Positions 1 through 12,600 of a stretch of DNA of 64,000 bases are shown here, piece by piece. The stretch spans positions 87,626,952 to 87,690,951 of the forward strand of contig NC_068981.1 in NCBI RefSeq assembly GCF_001194135.2. The letters are read 5' to 3'. How positions within the stretch are numbered: the first letter of the stretch is position 1; each line of letters starts with the position of its first letter. The notes under the pieces are model-generated. The model saw only the letters and a program-made list of their open reading frames with translations. It was not told the DNA's origin and made no database searches. Source of the DNA: Octopus bimaculoides (Eukaryota). The position numbers were made by a program, and so were the translations under genes.

Positions 1-649
1 CTCAGGGTCACAATGCCCTGTCTAGGAATCAAAACCATGATATTGCCATCATGAATGTTTGAATATCAGGCATCACTATTTAAAGAGATTTAAGAGGCTA
101 GTTATGTATATATAAATAAATGCATATGTGTGTGCATGTGCGTGTCCATGCATATGTGTGTGTGTATGTAGGTGTGTGTTTGCGGGTGTGCGTGTGTATG
201 TGAGTTTGTGTATCCAGGAATCAAAACCATGATGCTGCAATCGTGAATGCAACACCGTAACCACTAGACCATATACTTTCACAAAATAATGGTGACATAA
301 CGCAAATTAGAGTTCAATAAAAAGCTATTTGCATTAACAGTAGAAAGTTACTATGGAAGCAGTTGTGACCAAGAATGACTTGGGAGAAAGAAGTTAACTT
401 AGGTTCAGGCCATTGAGTTTCACCAACAAGATGATCCTACATTGAGAGATATGTAGAAATCCTACTTTGTAAACCTTTTCTCTCTATGCGAACATGACTG
501 GCATATGAAAATAGTGGTGGTGGTGGTGGTGGCAGATAAGGTTGATAATGTTCCTTTTGTTATTTTTTGTATTGTTTTTGTTTTTAACAATGCAATTGCT
601 TTTATTATTTTTTGTTTTTAGAAAATTGTTATTGACTTTCTTTTTGTAG

Positions 650-696
650 GTACGAATGTAAAATCCACAAAGGCAGACAGAAAAACACCACAACAA
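650..696 (+). CDS. CAPN7: Probable CAPN7 exon (inter-MIT linker; [16 protein letters not shown])
   Basis: ctttctttttgtag acceptor and GTCAGT donor. Its 47 nt end in phase 0, joining LDLER. Position corresponds to the linker before MIT2, but sequence similarity is weak. Confidence 0.6.
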
Positions 697-3600
697 GTCA
701 GTATATGAAATTTGATTTCTCGCTTGTTTCTCAAATCATAAATAAATCTCTGGGTTATTCATTCATATGATGTTTTTTTGAAATTTGTGTTCTTATTTTA
801 ATGAAATTTAAAAAATCTTTTGCCTTCATTGATTAAAAGAAAATAATTTAACCCTTATTCAAATGAAATTTAATGAAATAATTAATACATTATAAATTTT
901 ATTTAATTTGAATGTTTATGATTAATGAATATATGTAAAATTTTTTTAAATATTATAAAATTATGATCTTGAAATTATAATTACAATAAATAAATTATAG
1001 TTAATAAAGAGGGTAATTTGATTTTCGATTAATTTCATTTTAAAAGTAATTTTTTTTCTTTCAAATATAAAATTATACTGCTGAATTATTTTTTGCTATT
1101 CATATGACACATGCGCGTGCACGCAGACGGATCATAATAACCACAGCTATTAAGCTGTTGGACTACTAACAAAATATTAATGAGTTCAAATCTTCATGCT
1201 TCTGCCATTGTTGAGGCTTAGAACAATAAGGAACAACAGCACATGGAATATCAAGTGGATTCTCCATATCTCAGTTTGGCTAGTTGACAACTGACTCTCA
1301 CTTGTTCATCATGGTTGAATGATTAGTAACAGAAAGGGCAAACAACTGTAAAAGCAAGTGCTCCATTGTTATATAAATATTATCTTACATAAGCCACTAT
1401 GGGAAAAACATAAAACAATAAAATAGATAACATATAAAGACAAAAATATAGAGATTTCATTAACTTTCTTTCTTATGCAAGTAATACTGACTCTGTCACT
1501 GATATATACCTTTACATTAGTTTTTTACACCATTATTTTTAAGATCATAAAGGTAAAATAAACAAGTCTTTTAGTAATCTCTTTTACCTCATCTTTATAC
1601 TCATCAGTGGATGCTTCATAATGTTATTTAAGAGTATCAAAATTTTTGAAAATTTTTTATAGGAATTGCATAATTGCAACATAGTTATATTTCCTTGTCA
1701 TCAAAATAGTCATTGTTGAAGGTAGCTACTAGCTATATCAAAAAACACTCTTTATTTTAGGGATTAATTTCCAGACATATGTCACTACAGCCCTCTTAGA
1801 AAATAACTTATTCAATATGGGAAAATAAGAATATCAAGGTGTAACAAAAATGACATTTTCCATGAACCAAGATTTATATTTTTACTACAGTTGTCTTTCT
1901 ATAAATCAGAGGTTTCTTTTTCTTTTTCACACTTCTTAAATTTCTTCTATTCTTATAGTTAGATCTAGAGAGAGCGGCATTTCTTGTACAACAAGCCTTT
2001 GAAGAAGATGAAAAGGAAAATAAAGAAGAAGCAGTAGAATTGTACACACAAGCTGTGGAACTGTGTATTAAAGTTGTAAGACCATTTGTATCTATTTTTT
2101 TGATTTGGCAAAGTATATTCACAGTTGTCATAACAGATTTAATTCTTTCACTCTGTCTAATTTCTCTAACTATTTGTTTTATTATGACGTTAATTACTTG
2201 ATTTGCATTATTTAAATTATTCCTTACATTATTTTTTTATGCTACATGTCTTTTACACTTCCTGTTAAATTTATTTGAAAACCTTGTCTTTTAATGCTGC
2301 CAAAACATCTTAATAGCTTTGAGTTTTATAAGAGATGGATTTAGGCCATTCTATCCATTTGTCTATTTGTTTGCTTTTAACTCTTTAGCATTCGGATTTC
2401 TCTGTCAAATGTACTGCTTATTTATTCATTGTTTTGAATTAATCATGTATTTTCTTGTAGCTTCTAGATTTCAACAGTGTGTTTTGTATATTTTTAGAAT
2501 GACATTGTAGGGTAGGAGATTTGTATCTGGTCAGTTTTAACATAAAACAGGTTGAATATTTGGGCTGTATATGGCCAGATTAAGTGCTAAGGGGTTAAAG
2601 TCCTTTTTTTCCACAATAGATGAATACATTATTGAGGCATAGTTTTACAGCTGAATGTCTTTCCTAGCACTTATCTGTTTTTTTTTAACTAAGAGAAATC
2701 AGCAGATGATTTCTTGACAGGGAAAAATGATGATCCCACTGCTTATATCTTAGCAATTTTCAGATAAGTGCAAATAGCACAAATGTAATTAAACACACAA
2801 AATCACATGCACACATTTTCCCCCAAACACATACCTACATACACACACATATACATACACATGCATGCACACATATGCACATGCACACAGATATGTATGT
2901 ATTTATATGTATATAACTAGCCTCTTAAATTGCTTTAAATAGTGATTTCTGATATTTTTGGATGTGTTGTTGACTTGTTTCTGTCGGTATTCTCTTCAAA
3001 CTTCTGAAAGTAGTAATCTTGAGTTTGTTCAAGAATAATATCTGGAAATGGTTAAAAAAGATAAAAGGATTTATGAACTAGCTATCTGAAAATAAAAGAA
3101 GAATATTGTAATTTAATAAGAGATTTAAAGGGATGGCTGTTGAGAGAGCTAAAAGAGAAAACTTGGAATCAAAAAAAACTAGAAATGGTCTATGTCAGCA
3201 ACAAATTGTCTGTCAAAGAGTTTGGTAAATTCAGTTGTCATAAGATCTGAATAATCTACCATCAAACTATACCTTCAGTTTGGTTATCTGATGCCTAGGG
3301 TTATAATACTTACTATCTACATCTATTTAATGTTTAACGTATACTAAAGCATAAAAAAAACTAAGAATGAAATAGATATTTGTGTTATCTTAATTGAAGA
3401 ATTGATCATCATCATCATCATCATCATGGTCATCATCATTGCAACCACCACCATTATCATCATCATCATCATTATTGTTTTTATGCTCACTTTTTCATTT
3501 TGACAAGAGGAACATCTTTCTGCTAATCTAAGTAATCCATGGTATTATGTATAGAAAGTGGTTTAAGACATTTGTGATAATCAAGTATTCTTTTATATTT

Positions 3601-6600
3601 ACATTTTTCTCTGGTTGCAGCGTCAAGAAACTAATGATTCTTCTTTACAAGAGCGAGTTATAAATCTTGCCAAGCAGGCTTTGGACAGGTATAGCAAGAT
3701 ATTGTTGTAATTTCTTAGAAATTAACAATATTTTTTCTCCTATCCCTTTATGCATTATCAAAGTATCCTACTGATTACTCATACTTACCTTATTTAACTT
3801 ACTGAGTTGCTTTGAGTTTTTAAAAAAAATATTTTTACAACTCTCTTGAATTTGGAATCTGGCATCGTCATCATCATCATCATTTAAAATCCTGTTTTCC
3901 ATGCTGGCATAGGTTGGGTGGTTTGATGTGAAGTGACAACCCAGAGGGTTGTGCCTTGCTCCAGTGTCAGCTTTGGTATGGTTTCTGCAGCTGGATGCTC
4001 TTCTTAACACCAACCTTTTCACAAAGTGTACTGGATGATGTTTTTGTGGCATTGGTACTACTTTCCAGAATGAAATAACAGCATCTTATTTCATAACCAT
4101 TGGAATAACACATACTTTATAACCATTTGATACTAGATGAAAACTCTCAAGAATATTTATTAACTAAAATGGCAACCACCATATTAAAAAAAAAAAACAC
4201 AGCTATTTCACACCATATACAAGAACCAACAACTATCTCAACATCACTGAAAATATCACTACTTAACAACATTTAATCAACTAGATATATGAATTAATTT
4301 TAAGAATATACTATTATTTTCTTGTTCATGACAGTTTTTTTTTTTGTAACACTATGCATTGTTGACCCTACTGGTGCTGGTGCCATGTAAAAAGCATCCC
4401 GTTCACACTGTAAAGTGGTTGGCATTTGGAAGGGCATCCAAATCCATACCAAAACTGACCTTACTTCTACTGGTGCCATGTAAAAAGCACTCAGTCCACT
4501 CTGGGATGGGTGGTGTTAAGAAGGGCATGCCAAAACAGACACTGAGGCCTGGTGCAGTCTTCTGCCTAGCCAGCTCCTGTTAAACCATCTAACCCATGCC
4601 AGCATAGAAAGCAGACATCAAACAATGATAATGATGAAGCTGATGAAATATAACTATAGAAGATGGAAGATAATTTCTGAAAAAAACAATTAATGCTGTA
4701 TTAGAGGGAGCATTTTAATTTTTTTTTAATGATTTTCTGTGTTATTATTTGTTTAATTGATAAATTAATAGGTGTCTTTGTCTTTTAACAGTTAAATGCA
4801 AGTATTTTGTCATTATTTTCTTTGTTGGTATTTTGTACAGGGCTGAGATCTTGAAAGGCTGTAAGAAAGAAACGCCACAGAATATTCCAACAACGTCTAG
4901 TACTAGTGTTGGTACTATTTCTGGTAAGACTGTTTTGAAAGATAGACATACAAGAAAAGTTGTTCCACCTTTGGGTTTTGGGGCTTTCAAAGATGACAAT
5001 GAGAAACGCAAAGCAAAAAGCCCTACTGCTGGAACTTCAAGTTGCAATGTATCTGGACCTGGTGTTTACAGTAAAGAGGAAATCAATGTATTGAGGTAAT
5101 GTTATATTTATATAATTTTATTCATATACTACCCGTGACCTGTTGGGTCACTGACAGTTCAGGTTATAAAACAGTGAAGCTGATTTCAACATTGCATTGA
5201 AATGAAAGTTTACTTTTGTGATGATTCAGTTAAATATTTCAGTTTGTCCGTGCCATCATAGGTCTGGTTTACAAGTTCATGTTAAAGGTTTTATTGATTA
5301 TTTACAGCATCCAATAGAAATAGAACTTCCGAGATAAACTTGAACTCCAGTAACAGCATTTATTTATGGCATATGTGCACACTTCTACAAAAATGCAAAA
5401 GGAACTGTGATATAATGTAAACATAAATATTAATGGAAACAATTTTCACAGTATTATATATTCCCATTTCAGGGTTATATTATTTTCGGAGTATTTTCCC
5501 ATTATGCACCATTTTGGCTATTTATGAAGGTATCCAAAGAAACCCACATATCTCAGGAATCCGTGGTCTGATTTATGTGAAACTTGTTTTGTTCCGTTTG
5601 TATTCACATTTCAGGAGTACCTTACTTTCGGAGTATTTTCCCATTATGTGTCAGTTTGGCTGTATTGAATTACAGACAAGCACGCAAGCACACACAGAGT
5701 TTTAGTAGCATATAGATGTCTTTGAACTTTAAGCAAGTTTCTTTAGAATATCTTTTTATCTTTTACTTGTTTCAGTCATTGGAGTGTGGCCATACTGGGT
5801 ACTGGCACATTACTTTGGATGGGTTTAGTCAAACAAATTGACCCCAATACTTATTTTTAAGTTTGGTACTTATTCTATTGGTCTCTGTTGATCAAAGTTC
5901 CAAGTTCAATCCCACTGCATGGCATCTTGGGCTAGAGTCTTCTACTATAGCCTCAGGCTGACTGAAACCTTGTGAGTGGATTTGGTAGAGGGAAACTGAA
6001 AGAAGCCTGTTGTATATATATATCTATTTGTGTGTGTCCTTGTGTTTGTGTTGTTCTCCACCACCACTTGACAACTGGTGTTGGTGTGTTTATGTTCTCG
6101 TAACTTAGCAGTTCAGCAAAAGAGTCCAATAGATTAAGTGCCAGGCTTAAAAAATTAATTACTGGGGTTGATGTTTAACTAAAAATTTTTTGAAGCATTG
6201 CTCCAGCATGGCCATAGTCAAATGACTGAAAAAAGTAAAAGATAAACCTGTTAAGTTACAGCGATGTAAACAAACTAACACCGATTGTTAAGCGGTGGTG
6301 GTGGGGTAAACACAAAGACACGCACATACATATACAACAGGCTTCCAGGCAGTTTCCATCTTCCACATTCACTCACAAGGCATTAGTTGGCCTGGGGCTA
6401 TTGTAAAAAGACATAGATCCATTGTATGCAAAGTGAGAAAGGATGAAAGTTAAAGTTGACTGTGGCAGAATTTTAACTCAGAACATATAGACAAAATGCT
6501 TGTATAAATCTATTGCAACTTAAAAATAAAAATGAATATGATTTTTAAAATTTTAGAAGCTAAAAAATGTAATGAGAATGATCGGGACCAAAACAATGAA

Positions 6601-9600
6601 TGCTGCAACAACAGTAATCCATTAAGAGTATCAACAGATTATCTTCAAAATATTTACAGTATTTAGATTTTGTAACAGTTGCACCATAGTATGCTACTTA
6701 GGCTAACAACTTTCAGCGTAGTTGAAAATCACTGGTCTGGCATTAGGCATTAATATATGTTTGTCCTTATAGACAATTTATACAATTTAAATAATGATTT
6801 GTTATTACATACTCTTTACTCTCTTTTACTTGTTTCAGTCATTTGACTGCGGCCATGCTGGAGCACCGCCTTTAGTCGAATCAAATCGACCCCAGGACTT
6901 ATTCTTTGTAAGCCTAGTACTTATTCTATCGGTCTCTTTTTGCCGAACCGCTAAGTTACAGGGACCTAAACACGCCAGCATCGGTTGTCAAGCGATGTTG
7001 GGGGACAAACACAGATACACAACATACACACACGCATACACATATATTTCAGTTTCCGTCTACCAAATCCACTCACAAGGCTTTGGTCGGCCCGAGGCTA
7101 TAGTAGAAGACACTTGCCCAAGATGCCATGCAGTGGGACTGAACCCGGAACCATGTGGTTGGTAAGCAAGCTACTTACCACATAGCCACTCCTGCACCTA
7201 CATGTTTTTTTCTCCATGTTATATTTTTAATATTTAGGAGTTATTAAAGCAGTGAGCTGGTAGAATCATTAGCATGCTGGGCAAAATGCTTTAGTGGCAT
7301 TTCATCTGTATTTACGTTCTGAGTTCAAATTCCATTAAGGTTGACTTTGCCTTTTATCTTTTCAGGGTTGATAAGATAAGTACCAGTTGAACACTGGGGT
7401 CGATGTAATCAAATTACCCCCTCCACAGAACTTGTTGGCCTTGTCCCAAAATTTGAAATGAATATTCACAAGTTATAAGGTGGTGAGCTGGCAGAATTGT
7501 TAGCACATTGGACAAAATGCTTAGTGGCATTTCTTTTGGCTCTTTACATTATGAGTTCAAATTCTACTGAGGTCGACTTTTCCTTTCATCCTTGATAAAA
7601 TAAAGTACCAGTTGAGCACTGGTGGATGATGTAACTGACTGCCTCCTCTCTTCAAAATTGCTAGCCTTTTACCAAAATTAGAAAGAGTATTCTGGAGTTA
7701 TTCTTGTTTGATGAGTGACAAAATCTGAGATTATGTATTGAAACTAAAACAAATACATCATGAAAAACCCACATTAGCCATATAAAAACACACTTTTATG
7801 TATTTTTCTAATAGTATTGTATACTATGAAGTATACTGAACTTTCGTGGTCAGGTCACAGAAGTTTATTCACATTTGTGACCTGGTCATTGATACAGTTC
7901 CACTTATCCTGGATTGTATCAGCTATCTGTTAATTTTCAGGATATTGTAAATTTTTATTTATTTACTTACTGTTTTCAGGCATTCTTCTTTCATTAATAA
8001 AAAGGAATATGTTCCATTTATGTCAGTCGATAAATTAGAAAGATTTGCTTTTCCTCTACCAATGACGTAAGTATAACTTTTGTTTTTCTTAATTTCACTT
8101 GCCATGCCAAAAATATATTTAGCATAAAATAATAAAAATCTGACATCATGAAATTAACTGTAATGTAGTACATAGAGTAATCTAAATTGCTGCTAAACAA
8201 CCTTTATTAGTTAGAAGTCATAATCCCATTATTTGATATACTGGTTGAAATTTAAAAATCGTCCACTGTAAAATTATTGCTCTAAAAATTATTTGAAATC
8301 AAGAAAATGAAAAAGATTTTACACATGTAATTTAACATTCTAATACAGTAGCCATATTTTCCTTGAAGTTCCTACCATCTCAAAGTTCTAATAAAAGCAA
8401 GTTTGGGCTGAATATTCAGTGTTACACTTTACCAGTGGTATCTGAAGGTGAGCAGAGAATAAACTATTTGAAACATAGTATAAAACAAATAAGCTCAAAA
8501 GACGTGTCTAATAGTTTGGAAAATAAGGTTGAGAATGGAAAGTGCTGCAACCTAGTTGGATAGTTTTTTAGTTAATAGAAAATTGAAATATATTTACATT
8601 TGTATTTAAGGACAGAAAATATTGAGAAAAGGTATTGTGGTGTACCTTGCATAATATTAATTAACTTTATACATCTCATTGTGGCATAAGCAATTTTAAT
8701 TACAAGTATTATGTTCTGAGAAATTATATTATCTAGAAATAAGATATGCATTATTTTTACTATCCCTATGCATTCTGTCTAACTTTATGTCGTGGGTTCA
8801 AATGCCACCAGGGTTGATTTTGCTTTTTCTCCTTTCAGGGTCAATTAAAACAGGTATCAGTTGAGCATTGGTGGTTGATATAATCAACTTAATCCCTTCC
8901 CCATAATTGCTGGCCTTGTGCCAAAATTTGAAACCAATATTTTTATGATCTTTTCATTAGTTAATTTCAAATATTAAAAAAAAATTATGACTGGGCATTC
9001 ACCATCATCATCATCATTTAACGTCTGTTTTCCATGCTGACATGGGTTGGATGGTTTTACTGAAAACTGATAAGTTGGGAAGTTGCACCAGGTTCCAATC
9101 TGATTTGGCATGGTTTCTATGGCTGGATGCCCTTCCTAATGGCAACCACTCCAAGAGTGTAGTGGTTGCTTCCTACATGCCACAGGCTTGGGTGACAGCT
9201 ACGTAACACTAGCATTGGCCATGACTACGATCTCACTTCACTTGATGGGTCTTCTCAAGCATGGCATATTGCCCAATGTTCAAAAGATGCTTTTTACATG
9301 CCAGTTATATTCATTTATTAAAAACAAATCTACTCTAATAATTCAGGTAAGTATCCTTATGAAAACTTGTGCTAATATTGCAAGTTTAGTATATACTTTT
9401 CTCTAACTTACATTTTCAATTCTGCTGATTATAAAGATAGCATAATATAGCATAATAATAAATATATAGGTTATCTATTTTAACCCTGTTTTCTGTCACA
9501 CATTTAACTTTACAAGCATGTGTGATGAAAGCCTTAACATTTCTTGTAATCTAACATTCTGTATTTGGAAAATCTTTCTCTAATTAACCTGTCATTTGTG

Positions 9601-12600
9601 TTTTTTTTTATAATCCACAGTGATAAGTATGGCAAACTGACACTATCTCCAAAACAAAAAGAAAATTTCGTAAGATGGGCTCGACCAGAAGAATTCTGTG
9701 ATAATCCAAAAATGATATATACCATTTCTAGTTTTAGTATCCGTCAGGTTAGCTCCTTAAAATCTATTTTTGATGATTTTTGCAGCAATTGCTTCTCATT
9801 TCTATTACCATGTTGAAGAATTGTTAAAAAGAAAAATATTTGTATAAGCAAATATTTTAATATTTAGGGAAGAAAGAATTTCTTGAACTACTTTGATTTT
9901 TCTCTTCTACAAATTGTAAAATGTGACACTAAGGATTAATTTGATACTATTAGCTAAAGATCATTTGATGTTATTTCTGACTTTATTTTTAGTACCTTTC
10001 ATGTTACTTGATATTATGTTTTACCACTAAATATTTTTTTCTTTGAATTTATACAGACTATTGTATCTGACTGCAGTTTCGTTGCATCTCTTGCTATTTC
10101 TGCACAATATGAAAGACGTTTTAAAAAGAAATTGATAACAAGGTATGAAACAAAACAGGAGTATTTCCATTAGATAGTTTTTTTTTATATATTTGTATGA
10201 GGACATTTATTTTCAGTTATTTATAATTGAGGTAAACTTTGGATCTACATAGAATTTTATTGCTGTATCAGTTGCTCTTCAGTATAAACATTACACATGG
10301 TTGTGAAGAAAAACTGTTAACCACACAACCATGCCCATATGTGGAGGCCTGTGGCTTAGTGGTTAGGGTGTTGGACTCATGATTGTAAGATTGTAGTCTC
10401 AATTCCTGGAATGGGAGATGCATTGTGTTCTTGAGCAAAACACTTCATTTCATGTTGCTTTAGTTCACTTAGTTGACAAAAATGAGTTTTCAGTCAAACC
10501 ATCCAACCCATGCCAGCATGGAAAGTAGATATTAAACGATGATGATGATGCACTCTTGAACCAACAGCTCCACAGTTTAAAAATTTATTGATTTTTAAAT
10601 ACTGGTATTGTGATTGGAAATTAGGATATTTGCTTATTTCTTAATCAAGTGATTTTATTATAATTGGTTGTCCTTATCATGAGCTACTCAACCAGTACGT
10701 GTTGTGTGTAGCCTGTCAACAAACATTCAGACTTAGACAAGCAGAGTTATATACCTTCTTCAGTACTGTAGTAAACGTACAGTGTGCAGACAGCAGTGGT
10801 TTAGTATTGTACTTTTCAAATCTCCTATGAGTGCAGTGGTTACACGTTTTGTGGTTTGGCTTCCATCAGTTAGTTCTTTGATTGGAGACACTCTTCAGGC
10901 CTTATGTCTGAAATCCTATCAGCTCAACATTAATGATAACTGAAGTAATGTCAGCAGGCTGAGTGTTGTTTTTAGGGTGGAGTACTTAGTCTGGCTTATA
11001 TACTAAGGCTTGGTTTCTTTTTAGCAACTTTGACAAATTGGCTTTGAAATATTAAAAAAATATTTGTATTGCAAATATTGGTTTCAAATTTTGGCACAAG
11101 GCTAGCAGTTTCATGGGAGGAGGCAAGTTGATTGCATTAACCCCAGTGTTCAACTGGTACTTATTTTATCGACCCCAATAAAACGAAAGGCTAAGGCAAC
11201 CTTGGTGGAATTTGAACTCAGAACATAAAGACAGACATAATGCCACTAAGCATTTTCCCTGGCATGCTAACAATTCTATTAGCTCACTATAACATTGAAA
11301 ATATCAGTATATAAAACAGAAATGGTATTTAAGATTTTTAAGATAATACAATTAGTAATAATCAAAGGTAAAGATGATCCCAGTAGGATTTGAACTCAGA
11401 ATGTAGAGAGTTAGAATATATAATTCTTTCAAGGAAAAATGTTTTGATATACTTTTTTTTATATATCCATTGAAATTTAGAATTTGTTTTAATTTTTTTC
11501 AGCATTATTTACCCTCAGAACAAACTTGGTGAGCCTATATATAATCCATGTGGGAAATACATGATCAAATTGCATCTCAATGGGGTGCCAAGGAAGGTAG
11601 TATATTTTGATATTTGTGATAGTGTATTCTTGATAAATGTACTGTTTCTTGAATGTCATAAATGTTTATTACCAGTATCATCAATATAGTTTGTTATCAG
11701 TTTTTCTACACATCAAAGGCACAGGCATGGATGTGTGGTAAGGCATTAGCTTTGCAACCACATGGTTCCAGGTCCAGTCACAGTGTGGCCCCTTGGGCAA
11801 GTGTCTTCTGCTATTGCTTTGGGCCGACCAATGCCTTGTGAATGGAATTTGGTAGAAACTGAAAGAAGCTTGTTGTATATATATATATATATCTATATGA
11901 GTGTGTGTGTCTTAGTGTCTGTGTTTGTCTCCCACTGCCACTTGACAGCTGGTGATGGTTTATTTATATCTCTGTAACTTAGTGGTTCAGCAAAGAGACC
12001 GATAGAATAAATACCAGGCTTAAAAAGAAAGTACTGGGGTCGATTCGTTCAATTAAAAATTCTTCAAGGCAGTGCCCCAGCATTGCCACAGTCTAATGAC
12101 TGAAACAAGTAAAAGATCATATTGTGATGCCCCTGGACACATCATCAGAGATGTTTCCTGGGGTCATTAGGTGTTTTGAGTCTTTCAACATCAGACACCC
12201 TCACCCAAAGCAACCTAACCAGGGTTATTCAAGCACCACTAGTTTGTGTCCAGTTAGTACTACTCCCAGTAGCACTGCCCCTTCCAGAGTTCACACCTCC
12301 TGATCCACAGCCACATTGAGGCAATTTCCATTGCCTCTACAATCAGCATGATGTTGAGGTGGGATTTGCACTCCAACCTTGTAAGACCCTCACCAGCAAC
12401 AACCCCTTGTACAAACCCCCCAAATTCTCTCGTCTAGAGAAGTAACTCAACATGTCATATGAAGTGTCTGGGGCAAAATGTTTAAGAACCCCATCTGCCA
12501 AGCAGAGGAAACTTTGGAGGACAGCATGGGTTGGAGGGTTGTCACTTTAGTGCTGCAATGGTGTCATTTGTCAGGAGTTATTTATTATTTATCATTCCAA

